A stretch of 64,000 nucleotides of DNA. It comes from Octopus sinensis. Taxonomy: Eukaryota. The position numbers were made by a program, and so were the translations under genes. A model generated the notes under the pieces. It was given only the letters and a program-made list of their open reading frames with translations, searched no databases and had not been told where the DNA came from. Shown here one piece after another: positions 39,715 to 54,416 of this stretch (position 1 is its first letter; each line of letters opens with the position of its first letter). Location of the stretch: the NCBI RefSeq assembly GCF_006345805.1, contig NC_042998.1:56792001-56856000 (forward strand). The letters are read 5' to 3'.

Positions 39715-40280
39715 AATGCATTCTCGGGAAGTGGAGGGAATATGTTATCGGTTTCCTAGTTCCGGTAACAATAACACCTTCAGGTATACAAAAGGTGCAT
39801 GTAAGAGCGATGACTAACTCCATAGAGGCTGAAGTTACAAAAGCATTTAAAGTACTCAATCGTGGCTAGGTCGCTGAGGTGAATGGAATTCGACCCAGAT
39901 GTTCAAAGCCTTAACCAGAGGAAGTATTGTCTCTGTCGCATGCCAGGTGTACATGATCTTTGGAAAGGCATAAAAAGAATGGCAATCTGGAGTAGTATTC
40001 TCACTTTTTAAAAAGGGAGACAATAGACAGTGCTATAATTATAGAGGAATGTCCTTGCTCAACATCTCTGGTAAAGTATTCGCCAGATTCCTGGAACAGA
40101 GATGTAGTGATATGGTAGAGCCGGAGGTAGCTGACAATCCATGCATATATTTCGCCTTTGACTAGCACGGTTGTTCGAATATTCATACTACGGCGGTCTT
40201 CGAAAATTACTAGCGGTATTATCAAAAGATGTACACGTGTCGTGTGGACCTCGAAAAGGTATGTCTGCTTGCTGCGAGAC
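39715..40280 (+). mobile_element. degenerate LINE reverse transcriptase fragment (RTE-like)
   Basis: ILGKWREY..., EAEVTKAFKVL, FKKGDNRQCYNYRGMSLLNISGKVFARFL and VDLEKV motifs, with stops and frameshifts. Confidence 0.8.
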
Positions 40281-40649
40281 ATATTGTGGAGAATCTAACA
40301 GAAGCTAGGGATCGACTGGCAGCCTCATACGGCCGCAAAGTCCCCATACAAAACATACCTATAGTTATTACTTAACCTACAAATAAAAACAAGATATTAT
40401 AAACATTTAAACAAATTTCAGGAAATTAATTCTAAATTTCTTGAAATCATAATACTTTCTGCTTTCTTTGAAAGTTGCTACTAATTACTGTTCCGTTTTT
40501 GTTTTCTTTCTCCAACCAAGAAGAAAATTTCAATTCAATGAGAAATGTTTACTTGTGTCAATCAGTATTTATTATGTTGTAATATCCACGCCGTTGGCAC
40601 ACTGCTTTTTATCTTTCTCCTCCTCCTCCTCCTTATTTTATTGTCTTTG

Positions 40650-40905
40650 TACAGCTTATAACGCAGGAGATGCACTACGGTGTCAGCTGTTCACTACCTG
40701 CGAACTAAAGTAACACCCCTTATTTTTCGAGCACCACCCGGAGTATTCGAGCGGTTCTATGCAGTGCTGTTTTCTGCAAGTGTTCCACCCTTATTGCAGC
40801 CCCTGTTTGTTCCATGTACTTCTCAAGATTTTACTCACTGTTCCCGGAGTTCCAACAATTACTGGTACTATTGCCACCTTTTTCAGCGACGACAACTGCT
40901 TAACC
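40650..40905 (-). mobile_element. R4/Dong-like (restriction-like endonuclease) LINE 3' end
   Basis: LKKVAIVPVIVGTPGTVSK/LEKYMEQTGAAIRVEHLQKTALHRTARILRVVLEK* matches the VVPVVIGALG...LQK...GTARILR.VL terminus. Confidence 0.72.
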
Positions 40906-41000
40906 TCCCAAGCTAACCTGTCATATCTATCGAGTTGAATGAATTGCAATATAAAAAATAAGTACCCTATTGAAATATGTGTTTCAGTGCAATGTCAGTG

Positions 41001-41059
<59 letters not shown>

Positions 41060-41144
41060 GAACTATTACGAACGATTGAACATCAGTGTTTTGAAATCTT
41101 GGATAACAGCGGAAGCCATGATACGGAAGTAACTACAAGTATAT

Positions 41145-41176
<32 letters not shown>

Positions 41177-41197
41177 ATATAATATATATTATATATA

Positions 41198-41401
41198 GCG
41201 GGAAGCTTTATGAAATAAACAAAAGACGAAGGCATGGAAAACAAACGAACAATTGTATTAGTATGGCGCTCAGGAAATATAAATAAAACAAGTCTTTAAC
41301 GTTTCGAGCTACGCTCTTCAACAGAAAGATACACAGAGAGAGAAAAACACAGAAAGAAGGAGAGAAAAAAAATGCGTGCAGTAGCTAACGAATCAACATG
41401 G
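41198..41401 (-). repeat. second copy of the TA-flanked HHR-like short repeat
   Basis: Reverse complement of 33405-33613. Confidence 0.6.
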
Positions 41402-41404
41402 ATA

Positions 41405-41435
<31 letters not shown>

Positions 41436-41605
41436 CATAAATACATACATACATATATATATATGTATACATATACATATATAAATATATAAATATATAT
41501 ATACATATGTAAATACACACGCACAAACATACATATATAAATTTATTTGCAGTAAGCTTGAAGTTCGCCAGTTGTGGCATGTTCATGCTGTGTGCATTTG
41601 TGTTT

Positions 41606-41674
<69 letters not shown>

Positions 41675-44024
41675 CAGATGGTTTGTGACAGATAAGGATA
41701 TTAATAGAGAAATAAATAGATAAATAATTCGAAAACTGTGTAGATTTGTGTAAAATTTTAGGCGTATGTATGAGGCGGAAAAAAGATTTGTTTGAAGGGA
41801 AGCTGAAAATAGCGACAGAGTTCGGTAGTGATAACTGATTACCAGGTTACCTTTCGAGATACGGATTAACACACAGAAGAACACAAACATTAAGCGTACA
41901 TAGATGAATTGTACCACTGTGAGATTGCACTTATCAACCCTTGGTTCAGCCAGAAACTCTTTTCTAAGAAAAAGCCTCGTAAATGTAGACTGTTTGTTTT
42001 CATATACTAGAAAATAAGCGATGTGGATGGCGTGCAGTACAAAGTATATGCCATGTGATAGTTTATCTTTAAGTAGCTGGTCGGTCTGTAAAATAGGTTT
42101 GGTCACTCAGATGTAGCCAAGAGTATTGATAGTGTTGAATGTAGGGAAGATGTTCGCAGTAAAACCGATGGGGGTTTTGATTAAGAATGTGACTTTGTAT
42201 TCGTGAGATTTTGAGTTCAGTCCCATTGTGCGGAAACTTGGGCATGTGCTTCACATTATGGTCTCAAGTCGACCTAAATCTTATGAGTGAAAATGGGTAG
42301 CTGTGTGGGGGAAATGTTTAAATGCCGAGGTTAACTTTGCCTTTTATCCTTTCGGGGGTTTATAAAATAGGTACCAGTCGAGAACTGGGGTCGATGTAGT
42401 TAACTAGTTCCCTCACCTTAAAATAGCTGGCTTAGTATCAAAGTTTGAAACAATTTATTTAATTTTTCTCGTCTGAAATTCTGGAAGACTTCCTAGTTTA
42501 CCCATAATATCTGTATGGCACAATAATTCAAACTTTTAATAAATGAACAAATTATTTTTTTGAATTTAAATAAATTCTTTCTTTCTCTCAAAAATTCCTC
42601 ACAAAGTCAGTGTGCAACTTACACGAGAATGCGTGTTACACATAATCACATATGGTAGTTTCTAGTTGCTTATACGTTAACCTACAGAAACACCATATGA
42701 AAGTTAATTATTTTTCTTTCTGAGTAAAATGTCTCAAAGAGATAATATGCTTTGGTTTCTAATATTGGTTTAAAGTCACGTATTTAGAGAGAGTATGATC
42801 GATTATATATCGATTCCCAATACTTGACTAAATTTTATTGATTTTTCGGGAATATGAAAGGCATAGGCTATAATAGCAGGATTTAGGCTCAGTATCTAAA
42901 CTACTGTACTTGTATTTGCAAGGATGTTTGGCCGATATTCCTTCAATTATTCCAAATTACCACTTTAAAAGGATGTATTTTAAAAGAGTTTCTACTTCAT
43001 ACTGTAATTAAACTTATTTGGCATTCGACGAATTCATCTTTTGATTTAATGTCGAAATTCACGAGTTTCTTCAGCTTCTGCAATTCATCCACCCCATTAT
43101 TATTATCAAAAATCTTCGGAGAAAAATGTCTTTTAATCGCTGTATCAGTTTCATTTGAGACAATGTGTCTCTGGAAGAAATGAAATTACTAACCAAAAGC
43201 AAATGCCTGGAAATATTTAGATAGTTAGAATCTGGGGGTTGAAAACAAATACATATCTCAAAAATAATACCTGTCTTGGAAATAACACAAGAAAGAAACA
43301 GGCGAGTATATAACCAAAAAGAACAAAGGCAGATACATACATACATACACAACGTACTGTGTATAGTACTACAAAACACTACTTACATGATTTAATCTTA
43401 ATACTCCCACAACACACTTCAGCCCTACCTAACAAAATCAAAAACGCTTCACATCCTCAAGACACACGTTTCCACGCATCCAGTTATGCGGTTAAAAAAG
43501 ATCATCGATAACAACATGACTAACGAAATACTTCAAACTTTAAAATTAAAATCTCGAAGTACGACACGATTTATCTAGAAAAGCTTATCTCTCTTATAGG
43601 CGCACCAGGTGTAACGAAATACTGATTTCTAACGGTGGTGCTAATTGTGGAGACTGTACATTTGATTAAATGGACTTTAATAATTGGCTGGCAGTTATTT
43701 TACTGATTCCTGAAGGACGAAAGGTAAAATTGACCCCAGCGAGATTTCAGTTCAGAAGGAAAACGAACATGATTTCATAACGTTACTCATTTTCTCTGTC
43801 CCTCTACCGTTTCTGTTACCCATGATTAGCCTTGCTTTTATGCTGATGGTAAATAATAAGTGATAACTTGCATATCTGTTCTTAATATGTTCTGACAGAT
43901 TTAAAATAAGTACCAGCTGAGCACTGGGGTCGATGTAATCGATTTATTGTCTTTGCTGAATTTGCTGACCTGCCAAAATTTGAAGCCAATATGTTCCGGC
44001 AGATTCGAACGTAAATATAGCCTC

Positions 44025-44425
44025 TTTTACATGTTTCATTCATTTGACTGCGGTCATGCTGGAGCACTGCCTTTTAGTCGAGCAAATCGACCCTAGGACT
44101 TATTCTTTGTAAGCCTAGTACTTATTCTATTTTTTGCCGAAAAGTGCTAAGTTACGGGGACGTAAACACACCAGCATCGGTTGTCAAGGGATGTTGGGGG
44201 GACTAACACAGACACACACAAACACACACACACACACACACACATATTTATACATATATACGACGGACTTCTTTCGGTTTCCGTCTACCAAATCCACTTA
44301 GAAGGCTTTGGTCGGCCCAAGGCTACAGCAGAAGACACTTGCCCAAGTTGCCACACAGTGGGACTGAACCCGGAACAATGTGGTTGGTAAGCAAGCTACT
44401 TACCACACAGCCACTCTTGCGCCTA
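44025..44425 (-). mobile_element. SINE family A, full length
   Basis: Head, central repeat and tail all present. Confidence 0.85.
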
Positions 44426-45039
44426 TACTGATTGCTGTTGGGACAACTTCTTTAGGATCAATGTGTGGTCAGAACACTCGACTTATTAGTACAAAGGATT
44501 CTGGGAAAACCTGTTTTTTGGCATCGTTCTGTAACGTCAGCCAGAAGCATTTCCGATCTAATGAATCTCAAATGATCCGATGGTCTTGTTTATAACTTTA
44601 GCGAACAATCTATTTACTGATCCGTGCTGATATCTGACAACCGATAAAAAAAATGCAATTCATCGCTTTGATCCTCGCTGTTCAATGTACATATGATCAT
44701 TCATGTTCGAATCTGCCGAAGTGTATCAAAAATATACATGCAAATCTTCGTTTTGATATTCGTTGTTCACTGTGTGTACGAATATTATGAATATTGATTT
44801 CTAAATAGGCACAACAAGGCCACAATTTGGGTTGTAAGAAAATAATTATCTCGACCTAAAACTTCACTTGTACGTTTTTACTCCGAACGAGGAAAGACAA
44901 TATCAGGCCCAAAATGATTTGAACACAGAATGTAAATGGACGGAACCTAATACAACAAAACATTTTATCCGATGCTAAGCTGTCTCTGTCACACAAAATT
45001 ATCCCTCGCCCTCATCATAATACAAACAATCCTTTTTAA

Positions 45040-45710
45040 TATAGGCACAAGACCAGAAATTTTGAGGGGGAGGGGCAAGTCGATTACATCGATCCTAGGG
45101 TTCAACTGGTATTTATTTTATCGACCCCGAAAGGATGAAAAGCAAAGTAGACCTCGGCGGATTTGAACTCAGAACACAAAGAAAAGCCGCCAAGCATTTT
45201 GTCCAACGTGCTAACGATTCGGCCAGTTCGCCGTCTTAAACATTGTTATAATTGTTAAAATCCTTTCTCTATTGGTATATAGCCTGAAATTTTTATAGGA
45301 AGGGGATTATTCGATTATATAGACCCTAATGCTCGACTGGTAATTATTTTGTTGACCCCGAAAGGACGAAAGGAAAGTCGGTCTCAGCGGAATTTAAACT
45401 CGGAACATGAAGACGGACGAAATGTGTTAAACATTTTTTCCGGCTTGCTAACGATTATGCCATCTCACTACCTGAATCATTGTTATTATAATACTTTCTA
45501 TTATAGGCAGAAGGCCTGCAATTTTGGGGGAGGTTTTAAGTCGATTACATCGACCCCAGTCCTCAACTGGTAATTGATTAATCGACCCTGAAAGAATGAA
45601 AGGCAAAGTAGGCCTCGGCGAAATTTTAACTCAGAACGTAGAGACGGACGAAATGCAGCTAAGCATTTTGTCCGGCGTGCTAACGGTTCTGCCAGCTCGC
45701 CGCCCTAATC
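45040..45710 (-). mobile_element. three consecutive family B SINEs in the same orientation
   Basis: Copies at about 45040-45240, 45280-45470 and 45500-45710. Confidence 0.75.
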
Positions 45711-45779
45711 ATTATTTATAATGACAACAATAATATACAGATTGTATTGAACAATATAATCCAAAGATTAGCAACTTAC

Positions 45780-45893
45780 TTGATATCCGGTCTTGGCAAG
45801 GTTTATCGGAATTGATAGACGCGCTTTTATCCAAACGTTACCTTGGTTACCATAAGCTCTCCATACGGCCCGAGGATCTGTTTCCATTTTAGT
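45780..45893 (-). CDS. MAM-domain protein, internal exon (not in the ORF track)
   Basis: Acceptor ttcattctcttaaatcgcag, donor CAA|gtaagt, phase 0-0, 114 nt. Translates TKMETDPRAVWRAYGNQGNVWIKARLSIPINLAKTGYQ (MAM W..yGnqGn.W motif) and joins the flanking exons in frame. Confidence 0.93.
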
Positions 45894-46673
45894 CTGCGAT
45901 TTAAGAGAATGAAGATAATTAAAATTGATGTGAAATAAATATCAGCATCTTTCGATTTAGTTACAAAGTAGCTGCAGCAGCAACAGCAGAAGCAACTGCA
46001 GCAGAAGCAATAGCAGCTGCAACAACAGAACAGCAGCAACGATAGCAATAACAGCATTAGTAGTTGTTCTTTGATTTACAATTTCTGAAGAATACCAGAT
46101 AACATATTGTATAGCCTGAAGTCAGTTCTGACCGAGAAGTACCATGATTAAAAAAGCCTTCCAGATCTGATAATCTCATCATCTAACTACAGTATCAGAT
46201 ACGTCGCTTCATGAATTGAGGGAAATTTTTCAACTGTTTCTACCAGAACAAACGACTATATAGAAGTTTCTTCTCTGACACGGACACATAATCACATTTT
46301 TCTAAAAAAAAAACTATAATGTCGGCGGGTGGAGATCTTTGGACGGTGGGAAGTTGTTGCCTGTGTAGACATTCGTACATTTATTAAAGTATGTTTATCA
46401 CAACCAGATAGTTTCACGTTCCAAACTTTATTGCATCAGCGTATATTTGTGTCAAATGCTCACTCACCGACAGTTTCATCCTATGTCGTTTTCTCTTGTC
46501 TATATTGAAATTTTGTTTTTTTTCTAAACAAAAAAAAAAAAAAAGGACTTAACAAAAATATAACCCCTCCTCACAAAGCACAGAAATTAATCAACCGCTC
46601 ATAAAGTTATCCAATCTTAAAATAGCGGATAAATGCAGATAAACTTCCCTGTGTAATACGGTGTATGTGTGTG

Positions 46674-46705
<32 letters not shown>

Positions 46706-46753
46706 TGCAGCTATCTCTCTATCTATCTGTCTGTCTATCTGTCTGTCTAGCTG

Positions 46754-46799
<46 letters not shown>

Positions 46800-46839
46800 G
46801 AATTATCTATCTATCGAATTATCTATCTATCTCTGTCTT

Positions 46840-46926
<87 letters not shown>

Positions 46927-47350
46927 GTACATGCACACATATACGTGCATCTATCTATCTATATAGATATATATATTAAAATATAATAATGAAATCAACC
47001 CGAATAATGATAAGCATTCAATTCAAAATACAATATAGGAAAAATAAGTTGGCAAGGTGGCAGAATCGTTAGCACGTCGGGCAAAATGCTTGGCAACATT
47101 TCGTCCCATCTTTACGTCCTGAATTTAAATTCTACCGAGGTCGACTTTGCCTTTCATCATTTCGGAGTCCATAAAATAAGTACTAGTTAATCACTGGAGT
47201 GGTGGTAATGGACTTACTCAATCCCCCGAAATTTGTGGGTTTGTGCCCAAATTTTAAATCAATAGATAATAGGAAATACATCCCTTACGGAAGACATTCT
47301 TCAGTTAATACATTTCTAAATAGAAACCATATGATGGAATTTGTTCTCCC

Positions 47351-47389
<39 letters not shown>

Positions 47390-47419
47390 CCCCCACACGT
47401 CTCCACGGTAATGAAGACC

Positions 47420-48600
47420 GTTAGCATTGACGTTCTACAACTTGAATATCTTTCTTCCCACTGATCACCAGAAGGGCTTCCATAGAACCAGATCAGCTGG
47501 AGACTTATTCTCTTATGTCACCTACCAATGGAATCTCGCTTGAGAAAGGCTTGGCGAAAGCAATGTTGTTGCTCTAGACTTCAAGAAAGTCTTCGACCGC
47601 ATCTGATATGCCAGCTTTCAGTCAAATCGTCTCACGTACCTTTCCAATCTTTCGTCTCTTGAATCTACAGCTTTCTATCAGATCGAACCATTTTGTGTGT
47701 GTTGATGGCACTCTTTCTGTTTCTTCCTCAGTCAACTCTGGTGTTTTCCAGGCTTCAGTTTTGTCTTTCATTTTTTGCCTTCTATACATCAATGACCTAC
47801 ATGCCACTACACCTAACAATGCAAACTCTTATCCAGATAATGTAAACTTTTATTCCTCCTTAACTTTCCCTAACCATCATTATCCACAAGCAACCTAGAT
47901 ATCACAAACTTTGCGTTGATTCCATACACGAAGGCCTTGAGCCATGCCAGCCTTAATTTAAAAATCTCAAGGATTACCATAACACGTCACCACACTACGC
48001 ACCTCTTAGACATTAAAATCACTCAGTAAGAGTCCTTACAATCTCTCTGAATGATAGGCCTCATAATCCTCTAGGATCTCTCTTGGCGTAAGTCTATCCT
48101 TAGTATAGCTCGGATCGCATCTCAAAAACTACCCCTTTTCTTCAGAGTCAGGCGTTATTTCAGCTCACAAAAGTTGCTGACACTCTACAAACTCAAGTGA
48201 AACCCATAATGGAATACTGTACCCACATGTACAGACATCCCGGGACCACATCCATAGAAGTGCCACTCGGCTGATTCACTTAGTGAAACGTCTAGCCTAT
48301 AGGCGTGTTTTCTTCTCTCTTAGTCTTTGCTATCATTACTAACCTTGTACATCCACCACTCATTCATTCCCGACTCACTCGTTTCTCTGCCTCTCTTCCC
48401 CATCTTGCATCAACCGCCACCCCGACCCGCACAAAATACTATGCACAGCTCATCCTCTTCAAAACATCAGCTCTCTAGAATTTCCCCCGCCCCTGCTCAT
48501 GTCATTCTTGCAGATGTTGATCTGCAACAATTTAAACAGAACATCATCGGCATTGGTCATACTATTGTCGCTTGGGACTGCCAAGTGCCATGAGCCCTGT
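47420..48600 (+). mobile_element. degenerate CR1/L2-group LINE RT and 3' end
   Basis: VALDFKKVFDRI, VNSGVFQASVL, LLYINDL and LYK.QVKPIMEYC motifs, with many disruptions. Confidence 0.78.
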
Positions 48601-51600
48601 CTTTCCCTACAGACTCGTTAAGTAAAAGAAAATCAGACACACATAGACACACCTGGAAATAAATGTGAGCATGTATAACGTAGCGACAAAGAGAAAGCAA
48701 AAGAGAGATACTGAAAGTAAAGTAGAAATACATATTTTGTTATATCAGCAACTTGCCTTGAAATTTATTCGCTGCTCATTATCATTACATGTCGCACCAA
48801 AACGCTACATAAATAACATCCTCCCAAGTTAACTTAGTAATATTTACAAGTGACAGATTTCTTTTTCATTTGAAGACAAAACGATTATTTTTGGCTTTTA
48901 TCGGAAATCATTACTAAGATTAGGATTTTCCAAATAGTATTTTTGAGTCCTTTGCCAGGAATAATAATTCGCCGAATTTGCTATTCTGAATATTTTTTGT
49001 AGTCTATATTATTTTCTTCTCGATATTCTAGCATTAACAAGCATTGTGGCTGGGACATAAAAAAGGAAAAAAAAGAAGAAAAAGCAGCATAACTGTCGCT
49101 CGTGTCTGAGCATGGCTCAGTAATATGTTCCATGTTTTCACTAATTGTTTTACATATCTATGGAGTTGGGAACAGATATATGTAACTTCGTGACCCTCGT
49201 GAGTCAGCGGAGCATCTAGATTGTTCGATAAGCGTTATGGGAACTGCTTCAATTCCTTTAACTAACATAGGAAATATAACGAATGGTTCAAGCCAAGATA
49301 TATAGAATGGTGGCATGTATTTATAAATTCGTATTAAAAATATGTTCATATCCAAAGGTCCTTCTCTTCTTGCAATGAAATACCTCCTAATTCTGTAAAT
49401 GTAAAAAGGCTATAAAGACAGGGGTTCAGAATTGACAACTACTTTGGAGTCAGCGAGGGACCGTTTAAATGGACGCCTGGTCTTCAGGAAATAGCAGTTA
49501 AATATCTCTGAAACACCGACCCAGATCTTCAAATCTTCAAAAAAGGAAAGATACATTGGAAAAATGTAGTCTCATATATACGAAAAGATGGTCTGCTAGT
49601 TCAAGTCTGGTAAACAAAACATAGTAGCAAAAATAAACTCAGCTTTTCAAAATCTTTGTCTTTGAATCATCCTAATGTTATTCCATTTTCCTATAATTTC
49701 AAGACAAATAAAAGAAGTGGATAAGATTGTTTCTCTTTTAAAAGTAGATCTAGGCAGAGATCTATGCCTTCAGGAAAATAGTTATCATTTATTTTCATAA
49801 TGATTTGCTTCCAAAAGACCAACAACCTAGTTGTAAAGTATCAACGAACAAAGGAAAATGCATCACTTTTGTTGTGGAAGTTTCGCCTCTATTAGCAAGT
49901 CTCCTTGGCTATAGTTTACTGCATAAGCTCTGTTAAGCATCTCGGCTTATTTATTTCATAGTAATTCACGGTGCAATATTTAACAACTTTCCATCTAAGA
50001 ATATCTGAAGAAGGAATATTATTCCGTAATATCATATCAGACTATGGATGACTCAATTACAACAGGTAAATCGACCATTGTCTATATTATAGTGCATTGT
50101 TGTACCATTCAAAACTTTTTATTCTTTATAAATTTAAAAGATCTCATTTTCTTAAGTGTCATGAATTTTACTTAGCCTTAGAGAGAAAGTTCGATGTTTC
50201 GTAAGGTTTGACACTCTTGTTCAAGTTACTGGTTTCTTTGAAATTTTTCTTCTTATAATACGAGAAGGATGTAATGGAATTACATGAAAGGAGAGCTGAG
50301 CTATTCATAACTGACTAAAGATTGAATTTTCTCTGAAATATTGTATAGTTTTACTAGACCCCAAAGGCTCTGTTTTATGAAAAGGACAAATAGGTGTTAG
50401 CGGAGAGAATACCCTTCAATCTCCAGATTGCAGTTAAGATCCTACTCTGCGTACAGGCAGTTTTGCGCGCGCGCGTGTGTATGCAGGGATGGGGAGGGAG
50501 GAGAAGGCTTAGAGTTGATCAAATGAATGTAATGCACATCAAGTAATTTTTTGAGCGTATTATGATTTGAATTCACAACGTAGAAAGACAAAATGAAAGA
50601 CTTCTGTACATCACGATTTCTACTATTCATCTCCCTCTTTATTTGAATTATAACCACGTTTTGATGAAGAAGTGTGTGTGTGAGCTATCATGAATAATTC
50701 TACCACAATAAATGAAGCTAGAGCAAATACTATAGACCACTGGCAATACATCCACGCAGGTTTTGCCAGTTCAGTTTGAAGATACAGTTAAAATCGAAGA
50801 TCCATTATTAAGTAACTGAGAAGTGTAGATAACGAAATCAGTAGAGTACAAAACGACTAACTGATGTGTCCATGGACAAGACATCTACTCTGCTTCTCGG
50901 TAAATATAGGTGTCACAAGATAAAACAGTTTATTACACTCGAAGTAACGCTAGAACAGCTCTGTAAAACTGATCAGCCTTTCGTTAGCTTGTAGAACTGA
51001 GGTTCATTTCATAACTCATGTATAAAGCTAATTATACTAATAAAAGAATGTGGTTGGTACCGTGATCAAGGTATATGCTCATGACCAACTAAGAGGCACT
51101 GAAGAAGCACCATCACGTCTTTTTGTAAGTCAACTAAATGTTTTTCTTGAACTGGTCTAAGATAGTTGTGTAAAAGCAGCACAACTGTGCGAGATAAGAA
51201 TAATGCACTATCATCAGCTCACATACACGTAAAACCGGGAGAAAACCTCAACGAACAAAATCTGCTGCCATATTTCTTACCTCCGTTATAGCTATGGATC
51301 TTCGATCACACCGCTAAAGCTTGAATCTCATTAAAAAGAATCTCTACAAGGATATTCATCTGTTTCACCTTGTGATTTGGGAGTTAGTCGTACGATACGG
51401 AGCTTACCGTATGAATTATAAACCGTTCTTTTCAAAATCTTAAAGATCTACATTGCCAAGGGTCGATTTCGGTTTCTGTAGTGATAAACGAATGAACAAT
51501 AAACTGAAGACTGGATAATACGATATTCTGTCGGTGTTAACTTTCCAGAAAAGAGACTGATCCTTATTTCAGATATCTAGGTGAGTTGCAGAAAGTGCAG

Positions 51601-52070
51601 GACTATCTGACTCGTCCAGAAACAGAAGAGTGTTGATGATTGGGGTGGGGGCTAGAACTCATCACTGCAGGATTACGAAACACTTATGAATTTGGCAAAG
51701 CTGTTCATATATTGCAGATAGCACCTCACAGTTATTATTCTCTCAATCTTTTACGGCTTTTCATTGGCACATCGTCATACGTTGGGGGGGATTTAATCGG
51801 TTTTCGAGCTTCCTTTGTATTATTGTTACAGACTCTGGAACGATGAAAGACAAAATCGATTCTGACGGGATTTCAGCTCATATGTGGAAAAACTTCACGA
51901 AATACTGTAAGGCGTTTTAAAAGGACGCTTTACCGCCTCCGCCACGCTAATCATATTAAACATTAATCAAAATAATTAATTGTACAGTAATTCAATAGTG
52001 TTTTCACTCGCAAAACAAAATGTAAAAAGAATATAAACACCGTATAACGAAATAGTTAGTAATAACAAAC

Positions 52071-52222
52071 CTGTGTGAAAACGTTAAGAGTACCAATATG
52101 ATTGCCATACATATGATAAAAGAATTGAACGCATTGTTCGTTGAAGGCTCTGTAAATTGGTGATTTGAGAATGGCTCTGTGTCCACGTCCTTTAGCTGAG
52201 GCTTCGATGAACATGAAATGCC
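52071..52222 (-). CDS. MAM-domain protein, internal exon
   Basis: Acceptor ctctttttcatttag, donor CAG|gtttgt, phase 1-0, 152 nt. Translates (G)HFMFIEASAKGRGHRAILKSPIYRAFNEQCVQFFYHMYGNHIGTLNVFTQ (MAM yiEas, LkSP, C..F.YHMYG..IG.LNV motifs). Confidence 0.95.
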
Positions 52223-52974
52223 CTAAATGAAAAAGAGAAATAGATATTAACAATTCATAATAACCAATTCATAGGATGGAAAGAATGAGGAGCTAGAATA
52301 GTGATCCAACTAATTTTTACTCCTGGTGGGTATACATTGGAAAGATTTAGAGCTGCCTGATACGATACATCAAACAAAGAGCATAAACGTCTCGTATAAC
52401 TTTTCATATGTCGACTGGTCATCATTGAAAATATCGTTTTCCTGTAGAAAGGAATACATTTATGAGATATTATATTCCTCAGAGAAGTAAAGCTGTACTT
52501 AAAGGTTACTAACATCAACAGGGAGTCATGCATGTCCCTAGGCACCTCACCAACCGCTTTCTGCTAATACACGGTACTTGCCGCATTGGATATAAATATT
52601 AGTCCTTTAAAAAGTGTCAAAGATCTTCATGACCAGTTATTAAATTCTGTTACAAATGTTAGCATTAGCGAGAACGAACCTATCTGCCTCTAGTCGGAAA
52701 TTTCTGGTGTAAGAAATGAAATCACTCAGCTATAATTCTAAGGCTTATTACGTTTCAAGTCTTCTGCTGTATGCTAGCGAAACCTCAGTTATGTAGCCTT
52801 GCCCTTTCATTCTACTTTTTTTCAGAGCTGTATCCAAACATGATGTATACTTACGGCTAAGTGGAGCACATTGTTTTAAAAACCTCGACCCAATTTTAAA
52901 TTTCAAACTGTAATGTTAATCATTCGGATTTACATTTAATATTATAAATATAATTTGCCCATTATATTGTATTT

Positions 52975-53378
52975 TACTCTTACTCTTTACTCTTTACTCT
53001 TTTACTTGTTTCAGTCATTTGACTGCGGCCATGCTGGAGCACCGCCTTTAGTCGAGCAAATCGACCCCGGGACTTACTCTTTGTAAGCCCAGTACTTATT
53101 CTATCGGTCTCTTTTGCCGAACCGCTAAGTGACGGGGACGTAAACACACCAGCATTGGTTGTCAAGCAATGCTAGGGAGACAAACACAGACACACAAACA
53201 CACACACATATATATATATACATATATACGACAGGCTTCTTTCAGTTTCCATCTACCAAATCCACTCACAAGGCATTGGTCGGAAGACACTTGCCCAAGA
53301 TGCCACGCAGTGGGACTGAACCCGGAACCATGTGGTTGGTTAGCAAGCTACTTACCACACAGCCACTTCTGCGCCTAT
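52975..53378 (-). mobile_element. SINE family A, full length
   Basis: Head, central repeat and (GTAAAGA)n tail. Confidence 0.85.
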
Positions 53379-53469
53379 AAATTTTACAGTATAAATTAAA
53401 TTATTCCCACTCACACATGTAATTGTTTGTTTTATAGTAATTGTATACACCTTCCGTAAACTGCATCCT

Positions 53470-53780
53470 TCAGTTATGATGGCGTGTATCCCAGTTGATC
53501 CAATCAACAGAACTGTGTGTTGTGATATTCACGTGCAAGTGGCTGAGCGCTCCACAAACGCGTGTACTCATAACGTAGTTGTCAGGAATATTCAGCGTGA
53601 CACAGAATGTGACAAGGCTGGCTCTTTTGAACAACGGGTACAACTCATTTTTGTCAGCTGAGTGGACTGGAGCAACGTGAAACAAAGTGTCTTGCTCAAG
53701 GACGAAACGCGCCACCAGGAAACAAGCTCACAACCTTACGATCGGGAACCGAATACCCTAACAAATAAACCATGCGCCTT
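53470..53780 (-). mobile_element. diverged SINE sharing the family C central domain
   Basis: GTGGCTGAGCGCTCCAC...ATTCAGCGTGACACAG block. Confidence 0.6.
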
Positions 53781-54377
53781 CACGTTTATGACTGAAACGC
53801 AAGAAAGCTTGAAGAGAATCAGCTGCTTTAAAACGTCACTTCGTTTGTGGCAATAACTATTGTACTATTCAACAGCAAGGTTAAATGCTTTATGCGTGGA
53901 AATAACCTAAATACATGTTATTTTATAACATATACTAATTACTAATACAGTGCTGTATAGCGTAACTAATACTCAATTGTATAGCATATTACATATTCAA
54001 TTAACTTTGTGTCATATGAAATTCAACTGAGTTGATTGTGTAAGGTAGATAAGGGTACTGACGAAAGAGCAGTAAATTTACAGCGCCGTTAAAAGATCCA
54101 ATGCTCTACTAAACTGTAAATTAGCATATAGGAAAGTACAGCAAATCACCATCATAAAAGGTGCTTATTTGAGGCAGAAGGCGGTGTTGTTCTGGGCTGT
54201 ATAACTGACAAGTGTTTCAGTTAACGGGTAAATCTCATGTCCTTCCATACTTTTAGCTTGGAGAGGAATAGCTTTGTCATGCTGACTTGCCTCAAGGTGT
54301 ACTACAAAAAGATGAAGTGTTCTCAATGATGCCCCGACGAAGAGATGTGATTGAACGCATGTAGTTATTTTCTACCC

Positions 54378-54415
<38 letters not shown>

Positions 54416-54416
<1 letters not shown>

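Noticed and set aside
50006-50040. CTGAAGA-a-GGAAT/ATTCC hairpin
   Set aside because: Followed by GTAA rather than GAAA, with no clear stem III.
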